Assembly: GCA_963811985.1 (NCBI GenBank)
Contig: CAWEUH010000059.1
Location: 21,989-85,988, forward strand
Origin: an uncultured delta proteobacterium
GTDB lineage: Bacteria > Myxococcota_A > Polyangia > Polyangiales > Polyangiaceae
DNA length: 64,000 nt
Reading direction: 5' to 3'
This document shows, one piece after another, positions 30,367 through 39,675 of this stretch. The translations under genes were made by a program, and so were the position numbers. The notes beneath the pieces were generated by a model. It had not been told where the DNA came from and made no database searches. It worked only from the letters and a program-made list of their open reading frames with translations. Position 1 is the first letter of the stretch. Each line of letters starts with the position of its first letter.

Positions 30367-31803
30367 TTGACGCAAATGGGGTCTCAGGTTCTCGCTGATG
30401 GTAATTCCCAATGGGCAACGCTTATGCGCGAGGCCTTTCCGGGCGACACTTGGGGTTGGATTCTTCTGGCACTCGGCGTAAGCCTCGTGTTCGCGGCGTT
30501 GCTCTCGGTCGTCCGTCGCGTGTCCGTGCAGTCGAAGGGCAGCGATCAGGCCCCGCTCGGCGATCTTGACTTCGAGACTTTGCAGAAGGTGGTCTACCAA
30601 GTGCGGGAGCGCATCGCTACATGCTTGGCCCGTTCGCAGCCCGACATCGTCACGGCAGTGCATGAACTCTTTCGCGGTGCGGTCACGCTGCACGCGAGTG
30701 ACATCCACTTTTCCCCGTTGGCAGCGGGTCTGCAGGTAACGTACCGGGTGCACGGCACGTTGCGCGAAGTGACGACCATTTTGCCCGAACTTGCCCCACG
30801 CATCGTCAATCGAATCAAGGTCATGTCGCGCCTTGATCTGCACGTGCGTTCGACGCCGCAAGACGGTCGCCTGGTGACGACCGTGGGCCAGAGTACCGTC
30901 GAAGCGCGCGTCTCGACGTTGCCGACGGAAAGCGGTGAACGCGTAGTGCTGCGGCTGGTGCGGGGCGGACGCAGTGTTCCCGAGCTCGAATCATTGGGGT
31001 TTTCGGACCTTGTCACCCAAGGGTTAACGCAGCTTCTCGTGCGACCCCAGGGCCTTGTTTTCGTGACGGGTCCCGTCGGTAGCGGCAAGACGACGACACT
31101 GTACGCCGCCCTCGAACACATCGCGCGTTCCCGGGGGAGCACGACATCGCTGGTTACATTGGAGGACCCCATCGAGCTCGAGCTACCCTTTGCCACGCAG
31201 ACGCAGATGCGCGCCAAGGCGGGGATGAATTTTGCCAGCGCTCTGCGCAGCGTGTTACGCCAGGACCCCAATGTCCTCATGCTGGGGGAAATTCGCGACC
31301 CTGAGACAGCCGACATTGCCATGCAGGCGGCCCTCACCGGTCACTTGATCTTGACGACGGTCCACGCCGATGGCGCGGCTGGCCCCTTTGCGCGCTTGAT
31401 TGACATGAAGATCGAGCCATTTTTGCTGGCGAGCGGCACCATTGGGAGTTTGTCGCAGCGGTTGGTGCGAACCCTGTGCCCCGCGTGCAAGGTCAAAGCC
31501 GAACCAGAATCGATCCATCGCGAGCGGCTGACTCGCCTGGGTCAACCGTTGCCACCGGGCGAGTACTATGAACCCAAAGGCTGCGAGCTCTGCGAAATGC
31601 AGGGTTTTGTCGGTCGCGCGCCGATTGCAGAACTTCTGGTCATGTCAGGGCCACTACGTGACGCGGTTCATGAATGCCAGCCTACGGAATCGATTCGCAG
31701 CGTGGCGTTCGATCACGGCATGGTGTCTCTTTTGGGCGATGGGTTGCGTTTGTCTCGATTGGGTGAAACTTCGCTGACTGAAGTGTTGCGGGTGGCAGGA
31801 TGA
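30367..31803 (+). CDS. GspE/PilB-family secretion ATPase with an unusual N-terminal TM helix and no N1/N2 domains
   Basis: Walker A GPVGSGKTT, Asp box, Walker B LMLGEIRD, His box LTTVHAD, and a C-terminal tetra-Cys (CPACK...CELCEM). Preceded by the predicted TM helix WGWILLALGVSLVFAALLSVV. Confidence 0.85.
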   Translation: MTQMGSQVLADGNSQWATLMREAFPGDTWGWILLALGVSLVFAALLSVVRRVSVQSKGSDQAPLGDLDFETLQKVVYQVRERIATCLARSQPDIVTAVHELFRGAVTLHASDIHFSPLAAGLQVTYRVHGTLREVTTILPELAPRIVNRIKVMSRLDLHVRSTPQDGRLVTTVGQSTVEARVSTLPTESGERVVLRLVRGGRSVPELESLGFSDLVTQGLTQLLVRPQGLVFVTGPVGSGKTTTLYAALEHIARSRGSTTSLVTLEDPIELELPFATQTQMRAKAGMNFASALRSVLRQDPNVLMLGEIRDPETADIAMQAALTGHLILTTVHADGAAGPFARLIDMKIEPFLLASGTIGSLSQRLVRTLCPACKVKAEPESIHRERLTRLGQPLPPGEYYEPKGCELCEMQGFVGRAPIAELLVMSGPLRDAVHECQPTESIRSVAFDHGMVSLLGDGLRLSRLGETSLTEVLRVAG

Positions 31804-32288
31804 CTCGACTTCGAAGCATCGAACGCATGGCATACCGACTGGCGTTGTTGCTGGGTTTGGCGGCCGCAGGCCGCCTTGGGTGGGTCTTGGCGCGCCGCGG
31901 CGCCAACCGCCTGACCGCCGAACGGTCCCTGGAGACGACTCACCCGAGTGTGCTGTCGTTGGCGGACCTGCAGCGACAGCTCGCCATGCCAGTTCCGAGC
32001 GTTCCTCCGCTTGATTCCGCCATTGCCGAGGCCGTGGGCTCCGCCAAGAGTGCGCCCGTCGCGCCCGCACGGGATTTCGTCAAGAGCTATCTGTCCGTTC
32101 AAGCAGGCCCTGCGCGTTCGGAGGTTCGCGTGGATGGTTTGCTCGTCGGCCGCACGCCTTACGTCGGTCAGATTGGGTGTGAGCGGGGCAAGACCGTCAA
32201 GATTGATCTGTTGCCGCCGACAGGCATGCCCAAGCACTATCAGGTTCCGTGCCTCGAAGGCGAAATGACTCTGCGCGACGAGCCTTGA
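31800..32288 (+). CDS. PEGA-domain-like protein, translationally coupled (ATGA overlap) to the GspE-like ATPase
   Basis: Signal-anchor-like N-terminus. The C-terminal VRVDGLLVGRTPYVGQI...GKTVKIDL resembles a PEGA beta-sandwich. Confidence 0.5.
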   Translation: MTRLRSIERMAYRLALLLGLAAAGRLGWVLARRGANRLTAERSLETTHPSVLSLADLQRQLAMPVPSVPPLDSAIAEAVGSAKSAPVAPARDFVKSYLSVQAGPARSEVRVDGLLVGRTPYVGQIGCERGKTVKIDLLPPTGMPKHYQVPCLEGEMTLRDEP

Positions 32289-32342
32289 GTCCAGGTATTT
32301 CAAACCTTGCGATGCTATCCGCGAAAAGGCTATAAAGCCGGC

Positions 32343-33192
32343 ATGTCACAGACTGGTTGCGTGTACCTACTCGCGTCGTTGGCATCGCTCGTTGCCTGCT
32401 CGAAGCACGACATTCCCCGCGATTTTCGTCTGGAACTGGCGGGTGTCGTCGAGTTAACCGATCCCGCCAAGGTAACGGTGCGAACCTACGACGCGCAAGG
32501 GGCCAATGCCGTTGCCGATGGCGAATACGACTTCGTCGCGCAACCATCCGATTTGGCATCCATCGACCCTCACGGTACCTTGGCATGTAAACGCAGCGGC
32601 GACGGAACCGTGGGTCTCACTCTGGGGTCGAATCGGCGCAGCGTGCCGCTCAAATGTCGCCTTGTCGCGCGCATTGATGCTTCTGACGTGGGGCGCGTGG
32701 AACTCACCGCAGGGCTCATCAAACCTAAGATACGAGTCTTGGGAAAGAACGGCGAAGAACTCGACGGCGTCCAATTGTTGCTGAGCTCCCGAAACACCGA
32801 AAATCCTGGTGCCTCACGGCAGCGAGCTTTTGCCCAAAAATGTCGGCACCGCCACCATCTTGGTGAGCGCAGGCCAAGCATCACAAACCTTCAAAGTGGA
32901 CGTGATCCGCAAGCTGACGCCCGAAGCCTTGCCGCTCGAGCAAAACCACAAGATCTACTTTTCACTCGAGCCGGGAAAGTATGAACTCAGGGTCGTGCTG
33001 CCGGAATCTAAACGGCTAACCGCCGAGTGGCGCAGCGCACCGTACTGCAACTATGCCGCGACCTCGAAGGAACACGTGTCCGTGTGCGTGCTGCGCGCCA
33101 AGGGCGGCGTCGTGTTCGACAGCCCTTCGTACTTGATGGGCGGATCAACGGAGATTTCCACGAACGGAGTGACTATTGCGGAGGTACCCTAG
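32343..33192 (+). CDS. lipoprotein with Big-like beta-sandwich segments, carrying an apparent 1-nt frameshift near 32785-32795
   Basis: Lipobox MSQTGCVYLLASLASLVAC. ORF 32307..32984 becomes Arg-rich junk after ...LLLSSRNTENPG, while the overlapping ORF 32809.. reads a plausible continuation (ETPKILVPHGSELLPKNVGTATILVSAGQASQTFKVDV). Confidence 0.55.
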
Positions 33193-33584
33193 CCTCGCGT
33201 TGAGCAGTTTCTTGGGGTGGTTCACAAGGCGGCGCAACCAATGCGCTGCGTGTGACGAGTTGAATTTGCTTGCTGGAGACGCGCGGCATCTTCGATGAGC
33301 CAGGTTGACTCGGTGAGGTCAGCCGGGGCGCGCGGTCAACTCGCGTGCTTCCGTTGACGCAAAAAAATTCCTGGTACAAATTTCGTCGCCTAGGAATCAA
33401 CATTATTGCACCAAAAATCCCGGTGTTTTCACCCTGCGATCGGCAACCTCAATGTTAATGGGAATCCCAGTAGTCGGCGAAGCCATACTTATGGTGCCAA
33501 CTTGGCACGTCGGTGACCCATGCCTTGCCGCTACCCAAGCTACCTGCTCGTCCGTTGCGACACCTTTGACGTTTCTGTTGTTTT

Positions 33585-33612
33585 GGTCGTTTGGGTCCCG
33601 GCCCAAACGACC
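33585..33612. repeat. hairpin GGTCGTTTGGG-TCCCGG-CCCAAACGACC (11-bp perfect stem); its second copy is at 57611-57638
   Basis: Identical stem arms occur at both loci, with loops TCCCGG here and TTGGGG at the second. Both copies are intergenic. Confidence 0.55.
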
Positions 33613-33735
33613 GCGTTCCCGAAACGTGACTCAAGATCGACGAGTTTTTCGCTTTTCGCTCGCTAAGCTTGTGCCATAAGTCGTGGTGCGCTACCTCCAA
33701 GGCTCGTTGTTTTTCACCTAGCAGCGCGGTTATTC

Positions 33736-35982
33736 ATGACAAACTATTCAATTCGATCGATCTCATTGGTGGCGTTGGCTGGCGCAGTCGCGTCTTGCAG
33801 TGGCAACTCGGCTACTACTCCCGTAGACAATTCGAGTGTGGGGGGCGCGGCGTCAACTGGTGGTACCGTTACCAATGGCGGCAATTCTGCAGTAGGTGGC
33901 GCGCTCAACACGGGCGGCACAATGTCGGATGGCGGCGCTGGCGCGAGTGGCAACGTTTCGACAGGCGGTGTCATCGGCACCAATCCGCCTGCAACGGGTG
34001 GCCGCACGGGAAGTGGCGGCGCCAATCCGACCGGTGGCAGCGCAGCCACTGGCGGCTCGACCAAGATAACGACGGGCACTGGCACGGGTGGCTCGGGCGC
34101 CGGTGGCGTGGCCACGGGTGGTGCAGCGGTCGGCGGCAACGGTGGTCAAAAAAATACGGGTGGCACGACAACGGCTAGCACCGGCGGCAGCACGGCTTGG
34201 CAACCTTCGGCGGCTTGCGTGCAACAAGCCTCCACGCTCGCCAGCCAGATGACGCTAGCGCAGCGCATTGGGCAGATGACCATGGTTGACAGCGGCAGCC
34301 TCACGACTAGCCTTGCCAGCCAGTACTTCCTCGGCGCCGTACTGACCGGTGGCGGCACGCATCCAGGGGGTTCGGCCAACCCCGACAACAGCATCTCGGG
34401 TTTTGCCAATTTGATTTCGTCGTACCTCAATGTGGGCAAAAATTTCTCGCCGCACGCCGGAATGCTCTATGGCTTGGATGCCGTTCACGGAAACGGCAAG
34501 GTCGTCAATGCGGTCATCTTCCCGCATGCCATCGGCGTTGGCGCTACGCGAAACACAACGTTGGCCCAGCAACTGGGGAACATTACCGCGCAAGAGATGC
34601 TCGGTGTAGGCGCCAATTGGGCCTACACTCCGACGCTGGCAGCGACGCGCGACATCCGTTGGGGCCGCACGTACGAAACGTATAGTTCCGAGCCGGATCT
34701 CACCAGTCAAATGGGTGCCGCGGTCATCCAAGGGCTGCAAAACTCGAAACTCGGCAGCTCGCAGAGTGTGCTCGCGTGCGCCAAGCATTTCGCGGGTGAC
34801 GGGGCCACAGTCGGCGGCACGAATGCGGGCAACTGCACGCTCAGCGACGCAGACTTCAGGTCACTTGCCGTTGAGCCTTACCGCGCCTCGATCGATGGGG
34901 GCGTAGGTTCCATCATGGTTAGCTACAGCAGCTACCAAGGCACCCCGATGACAGATTTCAAGCACTGGCTCACGGATGTGCTCAAGGGTGAACTCGGTTT
35001 CCAGGGCATTGTGGCTTCTGACTGGGACGCTGTTGGGCGTCTAACGGATCAATCAGGATGGAACAATCAGGTTACTGCTGCCGTCAACGCGGGCATCGAC
35101 ATGATCATGCTGTCCGGCTCAACATCGACGACCGACAACACAGTGCACACAGCTGCCGATCTGGCCACGGCTTTGACGAACCTGGTAAATTCGGGCGCAG
35201 TGGCTAGTTCCCGCGTCCTGGACGCGGTGACGCGCATCCTTACAGTCAAGTGCGAGACGGGTCTGCTCAGCGGCGACACCTCGGTCGACACCTCGCTGCA
35301 GTCGCAAATCGGCTCGGATGCGCACCGGCAGGTGGCGCGTCAGGTGGTTCAGCAGTCGCTCGTGCTGCTCAAGAACGACGGCCTTTTGCCGCTGTCAAAG
35401 TCAGCCGCCAAGATTCTCGTTACCGGTAGCGGCGCTGACTCGCTCGCCAAGCAGTGTGGCGGGTGGACGATCGGCTGGCAGGGCCTCAATGACAAGGGCG
35501 CGACCGCCACAGCGGGCACTACGGTGCTGGCTGCGGTCAAAAAGAAGGCCACTGGCACCGTTACTACTTCGAGCGACGGTAGCGGTGCTTCAGGCATGAC
35601 GTTCGCCATTGTCGTCGTGGGTGAGGCGCCTTACGCCGAAACCCAAGGCGATAGCACCAATCCAACGCTCACTGCCGCCGATTTCGCCACGATTTCCGCG
35701 GTGAAGTCCGCTGGCGTGCCGTTCGTCGTCGTGCTCTTCTCGGGGCGTCCGCTCATTCTAACAAACGGCGGCACTTCGGCCCTTGACCAATCCAATGCGT
35801 TCATTGCCGCATGGCTGCCGGGCACGGAAGGCGACGGCATCGCCGATGTGCTGTTTGGTGACTATAAGCCCACGGGTAAGTTGAGTTTTGAATGGCCGTC
35901 GAGTGTTTCGCAGCTGCCGCTCAATGTCGGCGACGGCCAGACTCCGCTGTTCGCGTATGGGTATGGGTTGACGTATCCGTAG
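33736..35982 (+). CDS. glycoside hydrolase family 3 lipoprotein (beta-glucosidase-like) with an N-terminal Gly/Thr-rich linker
   Basis: Lipobox LVALAGAVASC. ~150 aa of TGG/GGS linker. GH3 catalytic region (KHFAGDG, GFQGIVASDWDAV with the nucleophile Asp) and a GH3 C-terminal domain. Confidence 0.9.
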   Translation: MTNYSIRSISLVALAGAVASCSGNSATTPVDNSSVGGAASTGGTVTNGGNSAVGGALNTGGTMSDGGAGASGNVSTGGVIGTNPPATGGRTGSGGANPTGGSAATGGSTKITTGTGTGGSGAGGVATGGAAVGGNGGQKNTGGTTTASTGGSTAWQPSAACVQQASTLASQMTLAQRIGQMTMVDSGSLTTSLASQYFLGAVLTGGGTHPGGSANPDNSISGFANLISSYLNVGKNFSPHAGMLYGLDAVHGNGKVVNAVIFPHAIGVGATRNTTLAQQLGNITAQEMLGVGANWAYTPTLAATRDIRWGRTYETYSSEPDLTSQMGAAVIQGLQNSKLGSSQSVLACAKHFAGDGATVGGTNAGNCTLSDADFRSLAVEPYRASIDGGVGSIMVSYSSYQGTPMTDFKHWLTDVLKGELGFQGIVASDWDAVGRLTDQSGWNNQVTAAVNAGIDMIMLSGSTSTTDNTVHTAADLATALTNLVNSGAVASSRVLDAVTRILTVKCETGLLSGDTSVDTSLQSQIGSDAHRQVARQVVQQSLVLLKNDGLLPLSKSAAKILVTGSGADSLAKQCGGWTIGWQGLNDKGATATAGTTVLAAVKKKATGTVTTSSDGSGASGMTFAIVVVGEAPYAETQGDSTNPTLTAADFATISAVKSAGVPFVVVLFSGRPLILTNGGTSALDQSNAFIAAWLPGTEGDGIADVLFGDYKPTGKLSFEWPSSVSQLPLNVGDGQTPLFAYGYGLTYP

Positions 35983-36115
35983 TGGCTATACGGCGTTAAT
36001 GGGAGTTCTTTCCAGCCTCTGAAACCATGTTTGCTATGCCAACCCGGCGCGTCGGTGCTGACTGCGCAATTGCAGTGAGGTTGGTTCCGGTATTCCCATG
36101 TCGAGCCGAAGGCGT

Positions 36116-37057
36116 CTAAAGATCACACGGGCTGGCAAGGGGCGGATTCGCCGACGGAACCGTGTCGCGGAAGAGTGCTGACTGGGCGCGCAATCCGTCG
36201 ATGATTTGGGCGATATCCTTCGATGCTATCAGCACGTCCTTGGCATAAAAGACCCAGTCAACGTCCTCGACATAGCGCCGTGGTTCGCTCTTTGGAAGTG
36301 TTTCGCTTCTCTTGATGAACCAAAGATTGAAGTTGAGTGACATGGGCGCGTCGGGGTAGTTGGGCTTGTGATGTTGGGCCAAGAGTTTGCAGTCCGCGTA
36401 ATAGCTCACCTCGCCGCCAACAGCCTGGAACACGAGAGTGTGCCAACCCGCGTAGTCGCCCGGCCGAGCGGAGATCGCGTTCAAGTCCTTCGGGGGTTCC
36501 ATTTGCGTTGTGTCCCAAGTGGTCGTTACCAGCGTTCGGGGAGCGTTGCCCCAGCCGCCGCCGGGAAGGTACTCAAAATCGATTTCGCTGTATGCGGGGT
36601 CCAGCGGCTGACGATAGGGCGTGATGGCATAGAAACTCTGCACCAACTCGTCGCCGCTCCGTCCCTCGACAGGAAAATTGGTAAAGCGGACGCGGGCGGC
36701 GTAGGTTCCTTCGAAGAACTTGCGCTGCTGGCAGACTTGCGTCTGCCTCACGGTCTCTGCGATCATGGATGTCATCCGCATCACCCGATTGCCTGGCCTA
36801 ACCGGATCGTCAAGAAAGCTCACGTTCTCGCTGCTCCAGACAGCACCCGGAATCCCCGGCCAACCCGATACCGTGCGCACGATCCACCCGTTAGACTCCA
36901 AACCATCGCGGGACGCGTAGCTGAAGTCATCGAAGAAGATCATAGGCGCTGCAGGTTGCGCCTCGGCCGTGTTCGGTGTCCGGCGTGAACAACTCCAACA
37001 AAGGCACGTGGCGGAGACGGTTGTCAGCAGGATGGCAACTTCTAGCTTCATGGCCAT
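36116..37057 (-). CDS. glycoside hydrolase family 16 (laminarinase/beta-1,3-glucanase-like) secreted protein
   Basis: Signal peptide MAMKLEVAILLTTVSATCLC. GH16 catalytic motif EIDFEY. Concanavalin-like beta-sandwich composition. Confidence 0.8.
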   Translation of the reverse strand: MAMKLEVAILLTTVSATCLCWSCSRRTPNTAEAQPAAPMIFFDDFSYASRDGLESNGWIVRTVSGWPGIPGAVWSSENVSFLDDPVRPGNRVMRMTSMIAETVRQTQVCQQRKFFEGTYAARVRFTNFPVEGRSGDELVQSFYAITPYRQPLDPAYSEIDFEYLPGGGWGNAPRTLVTTTWDTTQMEPPKDLNAISARPGDYAGWHTLVFQAVGGEVSYYADCKLLAQHHKPNYPDAPMSLNFNLWFIKRSETLPKSEPRRYVEDVDWVFYAKDVLIASKDIAQIIDGLRAQSALFRDTVPSANPPLASPCDL

Positions 37058-37362
37058 TCGGAAGCGCTCGAAGCAGCTGCTTGTTGGATGTGCCATTGCA
37101 TACAGGAAAGCCTCGCCGACCCTTGAACTGAGCGCAATCAGTTTCGCGTGCGCCCAAGTGCTGTCGAGATCTGCCATACAGAGCCTTGAGTGCTGGGCTC
37201 CACTCCGTTGAAACGCGCTCTAAGAATGACTACGACGAACGACACCAAACGTCGTGGGCCTGGGAGCCAACCACTGCGAAACGAGGAACATTCTTAGACA
37301 ACTATGGTAGCCTCAGGGTGCGCGTTTAGTCCAGTGAATCGTTCTTCGAAGCGGACGGTGGA

Positions 37363-39471
37363 ATGAAAATGGGAAATCTCATGCCAGTTGATCTGTCGTC
37401 AACCATCTTGATTGGCGTTGCGGCTTTGGTGTTGCTGATTATCATCGTGAAATCGTTCGTCGTAGTGGGCGGCACTGAGATTGCGGTGTTGGAACGTAAG
37501 TATCTCGGCCGCCAGCTACCCCAGGGCCGAGTGGTCGCCATGAGCGACCAAGTGGGCATTCAGGCCCGCACGCTCGGGCCAGGTCTTCATTTCTTGATCC
37601 CCTTTCTGTACCGGGCCAAAAAACAGCCCTTCGCGGTGATCGGCGAGCTGGAGGTTGGCATTGTTGAATCGATCGATGGCGACGCCATTCCTCCCGGCAA
37701 GATCTTTGCCCAGGTGGTACCCTTACACAATTCATTTCAAGACGGTGAAGCCTTCCTTGCCAATGGCGGTCAGAAAGGACCCCAAATTGAGATCTTGCCG
37801 CCCGGTAACTACCGAATCAATCCCGTACTGTTTCAGGTGCGCAGGGTGCCAGCCACCATGATTGACAAGGGGAAGATCGGCCTGGTTTCGGCCACTGACG
37901 GTGCGCCCATCGCCACAGGCCGCCTGCTGGCACAGCAGGTTTCTGGCCACGGACGCTTTGAGAACGGCGAGGCATTTCTCGCGAACAGCGGCCAAAAGGG
38001 GCCCCAAATCGAGATCCTGCTTCCGGGTACGTATCGCATCAACACGGATCTATTTCGCGTAGAGATTCGCGATGCCACCGTCATACCGCCCAACAAGATT
38101 GGCCTAGTCACGGCGCTGGACGGCGACCCTTTGCCCGAAGCCGAATACGTTGCCAAGCCTGTTACGGGCCACAATGACTACCAGGATGCTTCCGCATTTT
38201 TGCGCGCGGGTGGGCAACGCGGTCCGCAGTTTGATGTGGTCAGACCCGGCACCTACTACATCAATTCTCAGATGTTTCAGGTGGAGCTCGACAGCGTGGC
38301 TGTGGTGGAACGCGGTCAGGTTGCCGTCGTGGTTTCCAATGTTGGTCAAGAGCCCAAAGCCATCAAAGATTTGGTGGACGCCATCGCCAAGCAGGAGGGG
38401 ACCGCGATTGGATCTGAAGCCTACCGCGCGATTGAGAAGCGGTTCGAGAGCGGAATGGAGCGTTACGTGGTCCCCAAGGGGTACCGCGGTGTCCAGCAAG
38501 AGGTGGCGGGGCCTGGAATCTACTATCTGAACCGTCGAGCCTACATCGCCTATATCGTCAACACGACCAATATCACTATCGACTGGGACGAGTCCAAAGA
38601 AACTCGATTCGATCCACTGCGCGTCATTTCACGAGACGGGTTTGACATCAACGTGTCGGTAAAGGTGATCATTCGCGTTCGCCCCGATCAAGCCCCCTAT
38701 ATGGTGGCCAAGATTGGGTCCATTGAGAACCTGATCAATCACGTGATTCATCCGATGATCGATTCATCGTTCCGCAATCAGGCCTCTTCGACCTCAGCCA
38801 TGAACTTCATGCAGGACCGCCAACAAGAACAACAGAAGGCAGAGGAACGTGCCCGAACGGAGTTGGAACGCTACCATGTTGAGTGTGTCTCGGTCCTGAT
38901 TTGCCAGATCAAGTTACCCCAAGAATTGATGGACACTCAGACCAAGAAGATCATTGCGCAGCAGCAATTGGCGATGTACGAGGAACAGCAGAAGGCAGAA
39001 CAGACCCGTATTGCCACTGAGAAAACTCGCGCTGAGGCGGATCAACAAAAGAACTTGGTGGAAGCCGAAATTGGCGTCAAAATAGCCGAGCAGAACAAAC
39101 AGAAAGCAATCCGGGCAGCGGAAGGTGAAGCAGAGTCAATCCGCCTTCGGGCGGAAGGTGAGGCCAAGGGAATTCGTGCCAAGGGTGACGCCGAAGGGTC
39201 GCGAATCCTAGCCATGGGAGAGGCCACGGCCAAGGCTTACGACCTACAGAACAGAGCCGTTGGGGCACAGGGGGTCACCGCAATTGAGATTGCCAAGCAG
39301 GTGGCGGCCGGCAACATCAAGGTCACACCCGACATGTTGGTCCAAGGCGGCGACCATCTGGGCGGGCTGCTCTCGGCATTCTTGCTGCGAATGATGACAG
39401 CGCAAGCCAAAGTGCCAGCCCAATCTGACGCCACCGCCGGACCCGCTTACGGTAGCGAACCGTCACCCTGA
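37363..39471 (+). CDS. flotillin-like SPFH/band-7 domain membrane protein with internal repeats and a C-terminal Ala/Glu-rich coiled coil
   Basis: N-terminal TM helix. Repeated GEAFLANGGQKGPQIEILPPGNYRIN units. SPFH-like core. The EA-repeat coiled coil (AEGEAESIRLRAEGEAKGIRAKGDAEG) is typical of flotillins. Confidence 0.85.
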   Translation: MKMGNLMPVDLSSTILIGVAALVLLIIIVKSFVVVGGTEIAVLERKYLGRQLPQGRVVAMSDQVGIQARTLGPGLHFLIPFLYRAKKQPFAVIGELEVGIVESIDGDAIPPGKIFAQVVPLHNSFQDGEAFLANGGQKGPQIEILPPGNYRINPVLFQVRRVPATMIDKGKIGLVSATDGAPIATGRLLAQQVSGHGRFENGEAFLANSGQKGPQIEILLPGTYRINTDLFRVEIRDATVIPPNKIGLVTALDGDPLPEAEYVAKPVTGHNDYQDASAFLRAGGQRGPQFDVVRPGTYYINSQMFQVELDSVAVVERGQVAVVVSNVGQEPKAIKDLVDAIAKQEGTAIGSEAYRAIEKRFESGMERYVVPKGYRGVQQEVAGPGIYYLNRRAYIAYIVNTTNITIDWDESKETRFDPLRVISRDGFDINVSVKVIIRVRPDQAPYMVAKIGSIENLINHVIHPMIDSSFRNQASSTSAMNFMQDRQQEQQKAEERARTELERYHVECVSVLICQIKLPQELMDTQTKKIIAQQQLAMYEEQQKAEQTRIATEKTRAEADQQKNLVEAEIGVKIAEQNKQKAIRAAEGEAESIRLRAEGEAKGIRAKGDAEGSRILAMGEATAKAYDLQNRAVGAQGVTAIEIAKQVAAGNIKVTPDMLVQGGDHLGGLLSAFLLRMMTAQAKVPAQSDATAGPAYGSEPSP

Positions 39472-39675
39472 CTCGACTGCGCCCAGCCCGACCAGCAACG
39501 TCCTGGCGGCTGAAGCGGCCGCGCCGAACGTAAGTGTGTCGGCCAAGGGCTCCCTCCTACGAAAGACACCTTACTTGAGGTATGTTCCTGTTATGGAATT
39601 ATGGCAAGAACTGAACCGTGCGGTGACTTTGCCGTGCCGACATGCCAAGAAAACGAACCCCCACTCGCCCGGTTT

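Noticed and set aside
33403-33700. Small ORFs in the 540-bp gap upstream of the GH3 gene (33455..33700, 33403..33606, 33452..33679)
   Set aside because: They simply read through the conserved hairpin repeat. Composition is not protein-like.
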